Shown here: positions 1 through 10,470 of the stretch, in pieces
Layout of the letters: every line of letters begins with the position of its first letter
Position numbering within the stretch: position 1 is the first letter of the stretch
DNA from: Methanobacteriota archaeon
Lineage (GTDB): Archaea > Halobacteriota > Bog-38 > Methanoflorentales > Methanoflorentaceae
Assembly (NCBI GenBank): GCA_963719035.1
Contig: CAVRAO010000005.1
Coordinates: 1 to 35,969 of the forward strand
Direction of reading: 5' to 3'
DNA length: 35,969 nt
The notes under the pieces: generated by a model
Told to the model about the DNA's origin: nothing
The model's database searches: none
What the model saw: only the letters and a program-made list of their open reading frames with translations
Program-made: the position numbers and the translations under genes

Positions 1-13
1 TCAATAAGCCACT

Positions 14-454
14 ATGTTGAAACAAGTGGACGACAAGAAAAAGATACTCTTCTTATGCACCCATAATGCCGCACGCTCGCAGATCGCCGAGGCGTTTATC
101 ACTGCACGGTTGGAGGATCGATTTGTAGCACGCAGCGCGGGAAGTGAACCGACTGAGGTGCATCCATGCGCCGTCGAAGTGATGGTCGAACTTGGCATCG
201 ACTTGTCGAGACAACGTGCGAAATCATTGAACGAGTCTGATGACATACCCTTTGACTATGTTGTTACCATATGTGCTGACGCCGCGGAGAACTGCCAAAT
301 TTTTCCGGGTGGAGCGACTTACATCCACCATCCCTTCGATGATCCGGAAGTGGTTGCGGAATCAGGCGCCGAGCACGTGCGCCTTTCAGATACGTGCGTG
401 CCGAATCGGAGAGTGGATCGAGGCTACATTTTCTCAAAATCCGTAAGCCTCTAG
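14..454 (+). CDS. arsC: Arsenate reductase ArsC (thioredoxin-coupled, LMWPTP fold), copy 1; C-terminal helix frameshifted
   Basis: P-loop [15 protein letters not shown], resolving Cys pair TICADAAENC and HPFDDP are present. Alignment to copy 2 shows indels at ~375-402; the true C-terminus (RIGEWIEATFSQNP*) ends at 446 in another frame. Confidence 0.85.
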   Translation: MLKQVDDKKKILFLCTHNAARSQIAEAFITARLEDRFVARSAGSEPTEVHPCAVEVMVELGIDLSRQRAKSLNESDDIPFDYVVTICADAAENCQIFPGGATYIHHPFDDPEVVAESGAEHVRLSDTCVPNRRVDRGYIFSKSVSL

Positions 455-515
455 CAATATTAGTCGAATATGATTTAACGAAAAGAACACAGAGCTAGTT
501 TGAGTGTTGTCGTTT
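40..515 (+). repeat. Diverged direct repeat of arsC plus ~70 bp of downstream DNA (partner ~33085-33554)
   Basis: Colinear similarity through the gene and beyond the stop: tagtcgaatatgatttaacg...cagagctagtttga vs cagtcgaatacgatttaacg...cagagctagtttga. Confidence 0.9.
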
Positions 516-609
516 AGCTGCGCACGTCTCCAACAAACGCGTATTCGCGGCCGGTAGAAAAAAGAAAAAAGTGCCAATCCAAATTTATCAAACCGGCTGT
601 GCGTCTCTT

Positions 610-912
610 CTAATCTAACGCAGTCAAACCCGTTATGCGTCGCAGCTGAGCATGACTATCCGCGATAGTGGCCTCTAGCTGCTGGTGCGTCGTGTCCGCT
701 AGCTCTAAGATGTGCTTTGCCTCTCCCTGTTTCAAGCTAGCCTCGAATATGACTGCGGCGTGTTGCCCGCCGTCAAGCGATTTAATCTCATCCTTGAGCA
801 TTTTGGCCGTCCGCTCCGCGTTGCCGATTTCAGTTTTCTTGTTGGCGACATTATTCGTACTGACAGCGACGCGGCCTGCCTCGTCTTGTTCTGTTTTTGT
901 TTTTTCTTCCAT
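610..912 (-). CDS. Hypothetical helical/coiled-coil protein (~100 aa)
   Basis: Open frame from ATG at 912 with charged, helical composition; no family recognised. Confidence 0.5.
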   Translation of the reverse strand: MEEKTKTEQDEAGRVAVSTNNVANKKTEIGNAERTAKMLKDEIKSLDGGQHAAVIFEASLKQGEAKHILELADTTHQQLEATIADSHAQLRRITGLTALD

Positions 913-1188
913 CAAAGGTACAACGACGGGTGATAGCTTATAGCTGCGCAGGTTCAATACGTCGAAAAAGGAGGGAGTCCAAAACTGTCTGAGCGCATGC
1001 GCTGCGCGCTACTATATTGAGATAAAAGTCGTTCCTGTAGGCGCCTCAGTTTCGTATTTGTGGCGTGGAGAATGAGACGCCCCGCCGTTACGTGTGACAC
1101 AAAGGCACTGTCACGCTTTTCCACACAATCCCGGTCTCACGCGGCCTTATGAAACTACTCCGTGTAGTCCTGATTGGAGATGAACGTG

Positions 1189-1353
1189 ATGGCAACGAAT
1201 GCAACGACCATAAAAAACGGGGCCTGCTGGTATGGCCCCCATTTCGGCTGCTTGAACACCACAAACGATCCGAACTGCACCAAGTGCGCAGAGCGTCTCG
1301 CCCACGCCGTGGACAGCGAACGTCACCCCGGCATAGCAGCGCTAACTGAGTGA
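1189..1353 (+). CDS. Candidate 54-aa Cys-rich microprotein (C-x7-C-x8-CxxC)
   Basis: Hand translation MATNATTIKNGACWYGPHFGCLNTTNDPNCTKCAERLAHAVDSERHPGIAALTE*. GGAGA lies upstream and the TGATG end overlaps the next ORF. Below the ORF-track length cut-off. Confidence 0.35.
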   Translation: MATNATTIKNGACWYGPHFGCLNTTNDPNCTKCAERLAHAVDSERHPGIAALTE

Positions 1354-1423
1354 TGGCAAACAAGCAATCAAAAAAGGTTTTGGGCGCGGGTACAGCGCAG
1401 AGAGCTGATAGCGTTTGTGATCA
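1339..1423 (+). repeat. Dispersed ~85-bp repeat (partner 7227-7308)
   Basis: Identical 28-bp core gggtacagcgcagagagctgatagcgtt at 1388-1415 and 7273-7300, with similar flanks. Confidence 0.85.
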
Positions 1424-1667
1424 AAACAAGGCACGTCTGTGGCTGAGCGATTTCCGCAAGTTTGCAGAGCAATATGGAGACATCATAGGCTGGGATGCCA
1501 CGAACCGCAAATATGTCTTGGCGCACGGTATCACGGGAATTGATTGGGAGCACTACAAGCATCCGTTGCTGGAACACGTCTATGACGTGTATATAAAGTG
1601 CTGGAAAAAAGTAGTGTTCACACGTGAGACGAAAAAGGTCAAGCACCGGTTGTTGGCGCTTAATTAG
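1350..1667 (+). CDS. Hypothetical protein, possibly chimeric
   Basis: ORF track. Its 5' part is a degenerate copy of 7227-7308 read out of frame. Confidence 0.3.
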   Translation: MMANKQSKKVLGAGTAQRADSVCDQNKARLWLSDFRKFAEQYGDIIGWDATNRKYVLAHGITGIDWEHYKHPLLEHVYDVYIKCWKKVVFTRETKKVKHRLLALN

Positions 1668-1753
1668 ACAGTCCATCAAACAATTCGGTTGAATGAGGAT
1701 TACGTTACATCAAGCGTTTGCTTTTACACGGGACGTTCAGTGTGCAGACTAGG

Positions 1754-2125
1754 CTAGAACCGCGAAAATCCTGAGCTGAGTTCGTGCACGACGACGGTCG
1801 ACCCACCCGTCGTCTGGGAGAGTCGCATCTTTTCCAACAGACTCTGACTTGGCTTGCCGTAGATGTCGATTTGAGACAGATTGATGAGCTCTTGCGGGAA
1901 AGCGGATCCTGTCATTTCCATGTGCAACTCCACTGATGCGGAATTGGGGTGTACCTGGATGACTGTCAGTTGCGTGCCGCCTTCGTTGAGGTATGCGTTA
2001 TAGGCGCTCATCTGAGGCTCTTTTGCCTTGACTAACTCGACCAAATTGTTCATTACCGCCTTGAGCTCCTCGAGCTTTCCCTCACGGATTTCAGAGCAGC
2101 CTACGATCACTATATTCTCTGACAT
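1754..2125 (-). CDS. ABM/dimeric alpha-beta barrel (antibiotic biosynthesis monooxygenase-like) protein
   Basis: IREGKLEELK...VKAKEP...YNAY...VIQVHPNSASVELHM pattern; AAGGAG RBS upstream. Confidence 0.65.
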   Translation of the reverse strand: MSENIVIVGCSEIREGKLEELKAVMNNLVELVKAKEPQMSAYNAYLNEGGTQLTVIQVHPNSASVELHMEMTGSAFPQELINLSQIDIYGKPSQSLLEKMRLSQTTGGSTVVVHELSSGFSRF

Positions 2126-2653
2126 GTTATCACTCCTTTAACGGACATTCACGCTGGATGATGCGAAAAGCCTTCTCCTGTTTATCCAAGACCATAACAA
2201 CGTTTAGAAGTAGACTGAAGAACAGACCCGCGGATACTCCTTCTATTGCGTGCTCATCTTTCTCATCGTTCGCCTTTTTCACTATTTCAAAACCAATCGT
2301 GTCGCAGAAACGGTTATACGTGGAAGTGTCCGCTTCAACTTGTGGAGGTAGGTAAAATATGGGCGATATAGACATAGACGACTTAAAAAAGTATTGGAAG
2401 CGTTGAGTAACAGGAACGCACTGCACGATGGTGATGTTATAGAGGTAGCCAAAGAAGGCGAACAAGAACCAACCAGGGTAGCGATTTCTGTAATTGATAA
2501 TGAAGTGGAGTGTAACCAATGTGGTCCGCCGACGCCGCGCAAAAACAAGCAGCAAAGCCATTAAGCCGCTGGGTGATAAGCGCGTGTTAGCCCTATACGC
2601 ACACGCTAGTGTTTGGAATGACAAATTGCATTATTAGGACACAAGGAGAACAC

Positions 2654-3256
2654 ATGATAACAAGCGCTTTTTCACTATTATCGATTGGCGGGGTGGCTAT
2701 CGCTACTGGGGTTGTGGGTCTATTGGCGTTGGTCACCATCGTCTTGTTCTTTTCTATTGGTCAACCCTTCGGCACAATTAATGATTATTGCATTGGTCTG
2801 ACGGCAATCTTGAGCATGGTTTTAGTTTGGATGTTATATCCCGAACATCATGCGCAGTCGCCGATCTTAAGCCAGGTTTTGCTTATTGTTGCATTGATCG
2901 GCGCGATAGTTGTTGTTATTGGTGCAGCACTTACCATCTCAGGAAAAACTGGCTTTTACCTGTCAGGCATGTATATGGCTGCTGGAAACGCCTTGATTGG
3001 ATTGTGGCTATTAGGACTAAACTACTCTGCTCTGAGAGGCGATCCTTGGCCGCACAGTCTGACCATATTGGGGCTTGTTAGTGGTGTGTTCTTGGCACTC
3101 GGCCTGGTGGCCATTCTTGGGATAATCCGCGGCATTGATACAAAAGAGTACGTATTTTCTACATACAATGGTATTTGGGGGACAAGCTTTCTTGGATCAC
3201 TTGTTCTTTATCCCATCTGGTGCATTCTCTTAGGACGCTATCTCTTGCTAAGTTAA
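2654..3256 (+). CDS. Hypothetical integral membrane protein (~6 TM)
   Basis: Repeated hydrophobic segments; AAGGAG RBS before ATG 2654. Confidence 0.75.
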   Translation: MITSAFSLLSIGGVAIATGVVGLLALVTIVLFFSIGQPFGTINDYCIGLTAILSMVLVWMLYPEHHAQSPILSQVLLIVALIGAIVVVIGAALTISGKTGFYLSGMYMAAGNALIGLWLLGLNYSALRGDPWPHSLTILGLVSGVFLALGLVAILGIIRGIDTKEYVFSTYNGIWGTSFLGSLVLYPIWCILLGRYLLLS

Positions 3257-3548
3257 ATTGACGAGAGATTGTATAGCAATCAGGTGCAGGTATACAATCC
3301 TATGCTTAAGCCACAAAAAAAAGAATATTTTGAGTTATTTGGCGCCATAAAAAAGGGTTTTGAGAGTTTTGCGAGGCGATATAGTGGGATGGAATGGATC
3401 CAATCGAGCGTATATTCCGACCCACGGTGCGAGGCATCGAGTGGAGTAATTATCGGCATCCCTTGCCCGAGCACGTGTATGCTGTGTATATGCAATATTG
3501 GAGAGCCGTGCAGTTCGATCTGTGATTACATTGCGTGATGGGCAAAAC

Positions 3549-3645
3549 GTAGTCAAAGTGGGATGGAAAGCGGAACCCGGCCAGTATCCCCAGACGGATT
3601 TGCTCACGTGTGCGATCACCGCCGAGCGGGCAGGCTTCGACTACT
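3549..3645 (+). pseudogene. N-terminal fragment of an LLM-class (F420-dependent) oxidoreductase
   Basis: VKVGWKAEPGQYPQTDLLTCAITAERAGFD matches the LLM N-terminus (AExAGFD); the rest of the barrel is absent. Confidence 0.6.
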
Positions 3646-3669
3646 TTTGTCGGCTGTTCGCCGGCGAGT

Positions 3670-3921
3670 TGAAAAAAAATCGAAAACTTCTATTAGCTCT
3701 TGTTGTTTAGTTGCTGTTTGGATCTGGGGAGAACAATACGGTATTTAGTAGTTAATTCGATACTGGGCCTCATCGTACTAGCTTTGGCGAAATTCCTTGG
3801 ACTCCCAGTGCCCATAAATTGGATCACTGTACTTATTTGTGCACTGGCGGGTATCCCTGGAGCTTTGCTCGTGATACTATTATACTGGCTCGGCATCGTC
3901 ATCCCCATCATCATCCCGTAA
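3670..3921 (+). CDS. BofA-family (pro-sigmaK processing inhibitor-like) small membrane protein; 5' end frameshifted
   Basis: VVNSILGLIVL...VPINWITVLICALAGIPGALLVILL signature. The first TM helix can be recovered by restoring single T's at ~3707 and ~3724. Confidence 0.7.
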
Positions 3922-4006
3922 ATAAAAAGCAGATTTTAGGGGCAAAATGCATTCCTTGCGTTGCCAGACCCATTAGTCCCTTGCGAACTATCCGCACCTA
4001 GAATTT

Positions 4007-5035
4007 CTACTTCCCCAGTCGATAAGCGTAGTTCATGTAAGTTGATAAATCCCATGAAAGCACCAGAGAAGGCTCCACATAACAATGAAGGCTACACTCT
4101 ACGCAGTCCCGTGTTCCCTTCCAGTCAAATCCGCTGATCGCCGATTTTATACCAGTTTCTAAAACCGAAGCGCTAGCCGTGTATTCGTTGCGAACATAAC
4201 AAGGCAGCACCAATTTTCCATACGGGTCGACGTTAATTACCGCCCAGGGCTTACACCTCCATCTCTTCTCATGAGCTATCACTTTAAAATAATTAATCGA
4301 ATTAACGAGCGGGTAGCCTTTTTTCTTCATATCAACGAGTTTCCTAGCTATCTCTGCGACTTCGTGAGCGTTGAGTGCAGACGCCTCGGCGTCGGAGTAC
4401 GCATGAGCAACGGAGACGGATATTCCGGCACCCAACTCCTTTGCCAACCGCACCATGTCCTCTATCTCATTCAGGTTCTCCTCCACGATCGTCGTGTTGA
4501 TTGTCACAGGACCCCGCTGTGTGGCCGCAGCTACACCCCGTATAGCTTCTTTGAAGCACCCGTTAACGCCCCTGATCTCATTATGGGTCTTCTCCAAGCC
4601 GTCTAGCGAAACATAGACGACGCCGTTGATGTATGGTGTAATTTCATCTATCCTTGATTCGAGGAGAGTGCCATTGGTTATGAGACTCGTGTGCAGCGGC
4701 AGAGAACGAGAATAAGCAAGAATCTCGACCAAGTCTTTTCTAAGCAGCGGCTCTCCGCCTTCAAACGCTATCGCACAAACACCAGAATCATAGATCTGCC
4801 TTAGAATCGCTTTTTCTTTCTCCAGAATCAAATCTTGGCTGGATCGTTTCCAGAAGGGGCACATCTTACACCTGAGGTTGCAGTTGTACGTGAGCTTGTG
4901 TCCGCAGAACAGCGGAGCCCTTACTCCCAGCGAGTTAGAGATGAGCCCTCGATATATCCTCAGACCTAGTCGCAACGTTTCCCTGTAGGCGCTTGCGTGA
5001 TTTTCTGTGTTAGTATACTTGGTTGCCCGTCTCAT
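4007..5035 (-). CDS. Radical SAM protein with C-terminal SPASM/twitch-like Cys domain (PTO1314-like archaeal family)
   Basis: CNLRCKMC, GGEPLLRKD, TNGTLL, VSLDG, and C-terminal CKPW...LPC...CVECSLHC. Confidence 0.9.
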   Translation of the reverse strand: MRRATKYTNTENHASAYRETLRLGLRIYRGLISNSLGVRAPLFCGHKLTYNCNLRCKMCPFWKRSSQDLILEKEKAILRQIYDSGVCAIAFEGGEPLLRKDLVEILAYSRSLPLHTSLITNGTLLESRIDEITPYINGVVYVSLDGLEKTHNEIRGVNGCFKEAIRGVAAATQRGPVTINTTIVEENLNEIEDMVRLAKELGAGISVSVAHAYSDAEASALNAHEVAEIARKLVDMKKKGYPLVNSINYFKVIAHEKRWRCKPWAVINVDPYGKLVLPCYVRNEYTASASVLETGIKSAISGFDWKGTRDCVECSLHCYVEPSLVLSWDLSTYMNYAYRLGK

Positions 5036-5475
5036 TTTCTAGGTCATTTGTGTTTGTGGATCTATAGAATAAAAACAAAAGCGAACGGCGACTTAAAAAT
5101 TTCTATTCTATGCGAACGAATTTGTGCAACATCTATTGCATATATTACAGCTCATTCTTGGCCTTATTTGCGCTTAATAGTAAGTCTGTACAAACGACAT
5201 GATAGTTGAATCTTATATTTCGCGCAGAACGCGAAAGAATACAAAATCTTTTTTTGAGAAGTCGCTAAGCACGCAGCACTAACCGTTATTTTGAGGCCCA
5301 TGTACGTTAGCCGCATTAAGGTAATATCCGTTCTCAAAGTGATAATGTGTGCTTGACTATATGGGTTAAAATCCCGTCAAGCCGTTGGTTTGTCAGAAAA
5401 GTGTATGAGGGTCTAAACACTCTTTTAAATGTGGTGGCTCGTATTAACTGCAATAACATAACTGGAGGGACGAAC

Positions 5476-5628
5476 TTGATCGAAAGCGACTTTGAAGAGC
5501 TGAAAAAACGAGTTGAACAGCTTGAGGCGTGTTGTAGAGAATTGCGGGAGAAAATACGTCCTGAAAAACTAGTGCCAGATATCTACGAATTTGACGATGA
5601 GTTGGCCCGGCTCAAAGGCCGCCTTTAA
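5476..5628 (+). CDS. Small coiled-coil protein (50 aa)
   Basis: GGAGGG RBS before TTG 5476; FEELKKRVEQLEACCRELREK heptad pattern. Confidence 0.5.
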   Translation: MIESDFEELKKRVEQLEACCRELREKIRPEKLVPDIYEFDDELARLKGRL

Positions 5629-6318
5629 GGTTTATTTGACATGGCACTTTTTTGAAAGTGAGATTAGCCCGAATGATAAGAACGGTACAAGCACCGCTAT
5701 TCCACACCAGCGTACGCTTTGACAGGCGCCTAGTGAACACACCACCCTGATCAAGCACAGCGCTTCATGCTTTCTTCAAACAACGTTACCACTGAGACAT
5801 CAGTCCTTTGATAATTCCTCACAGACGAATTTGGTTTCTCATTGAAAGTGCTATACGCGAAATTGCTCAGAGGAAAGCTTCACCATATAGTCGGCAGTAG
5901 AATCCGACTACTCGCTGCTGGAAACATAATTGCCAACTAGTAATTTGTCATGCTGTCCTTATTTTTGACCAAGACTGCAAGTGGATTATGCGCGTTTCCA
6001 CGTGTTTCTTAACGCGTAGTTATAGAGCTTGGTTCGAGAGTGGCGTTAACAAAAAGGCGCTTTTTTTAACAGCGTGTTATGAATCGCACGTTTGTCTCAC
6101 CTGAAAGTAGCGAATCGAACATATGATGAGCTGAGCTGCGAGCGTAATCGGGGACAAAGGTGGACTCGGCTAAGGTAGGAATGGCGATAGTCGTTGTGCT
6201 GAGCTGCGGTTTTTCGACGATTGCCCTCGCAAGAGTTAACGGGTCGCGCCATCAAGGGAGTGCTCCCGCGTCCGTCAAGGTTTACGGTGCCCCTAACGAT
6301 AGCCGTTTGATTCGAGGG

Positions 6319-6750
6319 CTACTTCGGCATTAACACGGCGTCAATGATGTGAACGACCCCGTTAGTGCACTCAAGGTTGGCTTCTTTAACCGCAGCATCG
6401 TTTATCTTGATCCCGTGCCGCAACCAATGATGTTCGTGAACCTCGAGCATATCACCTTGGACAGTAAGAAGAGTCTGCTGCTTGGCCAAATCAGCCGCAA
6501 AGTGCTTGCCGGCCACCACGTGATACGTAAGAACGCTCGTCAGCTGTTCCTTGTCTTTGAGCAAACTGTCAAGTGTGCCAGCTGGAACATTACTGAATGC
6601 CTCATTATCAGGAGCAAAGATCGTCAAGGGGCTTTGCCCTTTGAGCGTTTCTACCAGATCAGCTGCAATCGCTGCCTTTAAAAAAGTGGATAAATCATCA
6701 GCTTGCGTTACTAAGGTCGCAATATCTACATTGAACTTCAATTTAGTCAC
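6319..6750 (-). CDS. Fasciclin (FAS1) domain protein without signal peptide
   Basis: TIFAPDNEAF, VLTYHVV and NGVVHIIDAVLMP motifs. Confidence 0.92.
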   Translation of the reverse strand: MTKLKFNVDIATLVTQADDLSTFLKAAIAADLVETLKGQSPLTIFAPDNEAFSNVPAGTLDSLLKDKEQLTSVLTYHVVAGKHFAADLAKQQTLLTVQGDMLEVHEHHWLRHGIKINDAAVKEANLECTNGVVHIIDAVLMPK

Positions 6751-7194
6751 CTGCTTTACGATTTGGCTTAAAGCCGTTTCTTTTTGGACAGTTATGATAG
6801 TTTAATTATCGCGCTGTACGCGCGAATAAGCGTAAAAGCTCAAGCTTTTAAATAGGCTCCTTATCGCGACGGAGCTCCGAGGGAAGTCCCCGTTCTGTCT
6901 GCAGCAACGTCTCTAGATTCGCGACCTTTTGCTATAAGAGTAGTTCAATTTTGTCTTGCAGGCCTATGGCGACCACGTCCCTCGAATTCTTCGCCAGCTG
7001 CGGCTTTTCTGTAAACGAACGGTTGCACTCATTTGCTCCGCAAAAAGAAAACGTATAAGATTATTCGAGCTAAAATAATCGCACTTAAGTGAAAAAGTGC
7101 GGCGTGTGGGCAAGTCAAAAAGTACTACGTTGAATGCCAACTATGCGGTGTACGGGTAACGCGCCAGAATTCCTAGAGCGGCGAGGGGGATACT

Positions 7195-7364
7195 ATGACC
7201 GACGATAAAAATAACGGCAGAGTGTTGCGCTAACCAGCGACGGAAAGCAAGCGATCAAAAAGGCGTTGGGCGGGGTACAGCGCAGAGAGCTGATAGCGTT
7301 GGCGATCATCATCGGTATGTTGATAGTCACCGCCACGCTAATCGTGGTGTATTTATTAGTTTAG
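7195..7364 (+). CDS. Small single-TM protein, one apparent frameshift near 7220
   Basis: ...ALTSDGKQAIKKALGGVQRRELIALAIIIGMLIVTATLIVVYLLV*; GAGGGGG precedes ATG 7195. Confidence 0.45.
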
Positions 7365-7397
7365 AGGCGATATCGGTCAAAGGAGGTGGTAAGGTAT

Positions 7398-7505
7398 ATG
7401 GGCGTCAGGGACTTAGTATGGCTTATTATCGTGATTATAGTCATAGTCGTCGTTTGCGTTTTTTGGGAATCCTCTAAGAGGATTAGACAAATCACTTGCT
7501 TATGA
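7398..7505 (+). CDS. Hydrophobic microprotein
   Basis: Strong AGGAGGTG RBS; MGVRDLVWLIIVIIVIVVV. Restoring one T at ~7455 gives ...LRFLGIL* with a stop at 7477. Confidence 0.55.
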   Translation: MGVRDLVWLIIVIIVIVVVCVFWESSKRIRQITCL

Positions 7506-7527
7506 CGACTGGACGAACGGAATTACC

Positions 7528-7854
7528 TTAATCATACAAAGCTCGCTTGGCGTTACACGGCGTATCGTGCTTGCAGGCCCCCAAACCGTATCCTACGACC
7601 ATGATGGGCTTGCGCCTGCCCCACTTATCCGAAAGCCAGCCGGAAAAGATTTTGAGGATGCTCGCCTTACTTTCCGCCATTCCTCGATCGCTCCCACGTA
7701 ACGTAGCTTGCACCGATGACGCTGACGAGGAACAGCGGTATCAGGGGATAGATCATCTCACTGCTGATATAGTAAAGAGGCTCACCAGCCCCAGGACGAT
7801 GATGTTTGGTCCCAGACCCGCCAGCATCCGATCCCTCACGTTTGAGCTCCTCAT
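7528..7854 (-). pseudogene. Truncated, frameshifted MFS transporter (first ~3 TM only)
   Basis: Pieces LGLVSLFT(D)ISSEMIYPLIPLFL and FSGWLSDKWGRRKPIMVVGYG (MFS motif A) lie in different frames; the remainder is missing. Confidence 0.8.
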
Positions 7855-8403
7855 CTCTTCATTCGAAGGCATATAAGGTCTCGGTCATTTCGCAAAATCA
7901 TTAACTGTCGTCGCCATATACCTTCATCCCGCGCGATTTCACCAGATGGATGCTGGCCGACGTAGCGCGACTAAAATAGCGAGTAAAAAAGCGGTAATCA
8001 CAAGCAATGGGGTCGCATCAAGATACACGGTGACTTCCTCAATCGGCTAGCGATCTTGTGGGAGTCATCAGCCTTATGCGATTACAGTGAACTCCATCAC
8101 CCGTATGTGGGACATAACCATTCTTACATAGCTATTACTACTATCTCGCTCCCGCACGAAAAGTGCTTTGGGGACATCAAGTCACTTGGAATGAGTGAAT
8201 GTATCCAACAAACAGCTGAAATCGAGGACACGAAGTGCGGGAACAGACGACACTGAAAGAGAGCGAAAATGTTAAACAGTTGGAATACCAATTTATATAT
8301 TAAGACTAAACCCCCTCCTTGCAAGTCGATATGTTGCACGTCTTGTTCTTGGGCGTGGTTTAGTCTCTCCGCAATTTATTGAATCGATAACCTTACACAA
8401 TCT

Positions 8404-8936
8404 ATGGTTTTCGGGTTCGGCACGCCAAATGTGCAAAAAATGAGCGAGAAGCTCGACATTAAAAGGCTCATCAAGGCCTTAGGGTATGAGAAGGACAGTG
8501 ACGTTCGCCGTGAGGCTGCAAAAGCCCTTGGCAAGATCGGCGATAGCAGGGCAGTGGAACCGCGATAAATGCGCGTCAGCGACTCTGACAGTGACGTTCG
8601 CCGTGAGGCTGCAAAAGCCCTTGGCAAGATTGGCGATAGCAGGTCAGTGGAACCGCTGATAAATGCGTCAACGACTATGAAAGTCGGGTCCGCTGACGGG
8701 TGCGACCCCCCTTTCTAAGATAGGTAAACCAGCCTTTGAGCCGTTGATAAAAAGCGCTCAACGACTCTAACAATGAAGTTCGATGTGCGGCTGCTAAAGC
8801 CCTTGGTGAGATCGGCGACAGCAGGGCAGTGGAGACCTTAACTAAGGCGTTAGACGATACTTGCGTGGACTTAGGCACGAGTGCAAAGGAAGCCCTTCGC
8901 AATATGAGCATCAACAGAGGATGCTGTATGGTATAG
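8404..8936 (+). pseudogene. HEAT-repeat (PBS lyase-like) protein, multiply frameshifted
   Basis: LIKALGYEKDSDVRREAAKALGKIGDSRAVEP repeats interrupted by indels. The ORF track shows only antisense shadows here. Confidence 0.8.
8494..8672 (+). repeat. Near-identical 93-bp tandem duplication (one 31-aa HEAT unit)
   Basis: gacagtgacgttcgccgtgaggctgcaaaagcccttggcaagat at 8494 and 8587; a degenerate further unit lies at ~8770-8855. Confidence 0.9.
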
Positions 8937-9307
8937 CCCTCACTGAATGCGCCGAGTTCCATAGGTGCCAGTTGGGCTCAGTAGGCCATCTACAGACGAA
9001 TACGTGACTGGATTTGGGGAAACAGCGCCTATAAGAAAGCGATCAACCGAAACTCCGACTTCTCGTAATAGTTCACTTCTGAGGAAGAATTTTCCGGCAA
9101 AATCTTACCTCTTCCAAAAGAGTAACAATAGGTGATAGACTTAAGCGTTATCGTTTTGGTTGCTAGATGTATCCTCACGATATCTTCTTGCGGCTAGACG
9201 TAAATGGAATCCGCTAAATGCTTGAAATCGAAAAAAGAAACAATAAGCTAGAAGATGAGGATTAGATTATAGGGACCCATTTCTAACTTTTTTAATCAAC
9301 AAGTCTG

Positions 9308-9835
9308 CTATGCGGTTATAGTAATCTTTGACTGTATTTGCGAAGGTTGATAACAACTATCACCCGCAAATTTTAGTATGACGTTGTACGTGCCCGGATT
9401 CAAGCTGCTTGTGTCGAGATACGCTGTATAAAAATAGTCGGACCTCCAGACTATCAGCCAATTGTCGCAGAGACCGTTCCGTGGCCACAAATCCGGATCC
9501 CTGACGCAAGAACATTGATTCCCATACTGGTTCCCTTTGCCACATTTGGATCGCTGACGAATTGTATTGAGGTCGCTATCATCGCTGAAGGTGTAGGCGT
9601 CGTTGCAGTTGGCGATGCGCTCGGTGATGGTAAACTGTGGGAGAAGTTGTGGCGGCTGTGGTGGTGGCAGCTGTGGTGGTGGGAGCTGTGGTGGTGGCCG
9701 ATATAGTAGTCGAAGAATTCGTGCTTGGCATAGCACTTGGTGTTTGATTAGTATTGCTTGTCGTGCAACCCGCTACTAAAATAGAAAGACCCACGAGCAA
9801 TAAAGAGCTATCGCAGTTATTAGTTTTAGTTGCAT
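9308..9835 (-). pseudogene. Lipoprotein with Thr-rich linker and C-terminal Ig-like domain, several frameshifts
   Basis: MQLKLITAIA...LVAGC lipobox, TTTAPTTTAATTT linker and C-terminal LNPGTYNVILKFAGDSCYQPS; segments fall in three frames. Confidence 0.7.
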
Positions 9836-9933
9836 ATGCTCATGAAGAGGCGAATGTTGGCTTAACGTTTACTGTTTAGAGAGATTAAATTAAACGCGTT
9901 ATACACTCTTATATTCCTTGAACAACCGCGTTA

Positions 9934-10302
9934 TCATCTCGTCATACGTTTCGCCTTTCTCACGATGACTTGGGGGAGAGCTTCAATCTCCTCGGAACGA
10001 CCTCTTGCATCCCGCGTTTGATGTTTCCTTCCCTTGTTGCAACAAATGTAGCACATCTGGTCTCGTTCCGATCGTATCCATTCTCTTTTTTAGACAGCAC
10101 TCCTCACACCCATCTACCGCGACGAGATTTTCCTCGTCTTGGAGTTCCTCCTCCAGCGGACGTTTCAGGGCGGGAAAATGGAGATGACGAGCAATCAGTT
10201 TCGGATGTCGGTAACGGAGCCAGGTTCCGGTCCTGGTGGTGAGCTGCCCCGTATGGGAGATCCCAGAGCACGTCAGGAGGGGACCTGCCGGTCATCCTTC
10301 AT
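9934..10302 (-). pseudogene. DGC-domain putative zinc-binding protein, frameshifted; missed by the ORF track
   Basis: Hand translation: LLTCSGISHTGQLTT...NLVAVDGCEECCLKK (DGC at 10106-10114). ATG 10302 has a GAGAGG RBS; indels lie near both ends. Confidence 0.75.
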
Positions 10303-10470
10303 GCCGTTTCCTCTCGTTGTCGAACTACTAGTAGATTCATTCGGTTCCCTGATCCGGACTATCGATTAAAAGTTTATTGGAATTCCTAACACCTTAAACG
10401 CCCATTATCGCATTTGCGACGATCTGCTTAGTTTCTCCCCTATACTGGAGACGGCAGCTAACAACGAATC

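Noticed and set aside
1063-1142. Nested inverted repeats (tgagac/gtctca, gtgaca/tgtcac) as a riboswitch or ncRNA
   Set aside because: The stems are short and match no RNA family I recognise; an Infernal/Rfam search and covariation data would be needed.
2130-2624. 164-aa minus-strand ORF and the many antisense ORFs over confident genes
   Set aside because: No recognisable motifs; most are shadows of real genes on the opposite strand.
5630-6318. Long ORF-poor region as an RNA gene; hairpin at 6183-6225
   Set aside because: No tRNA, SRP, RNase P or rRNA hallmarks; the hairpin could arise by chance.
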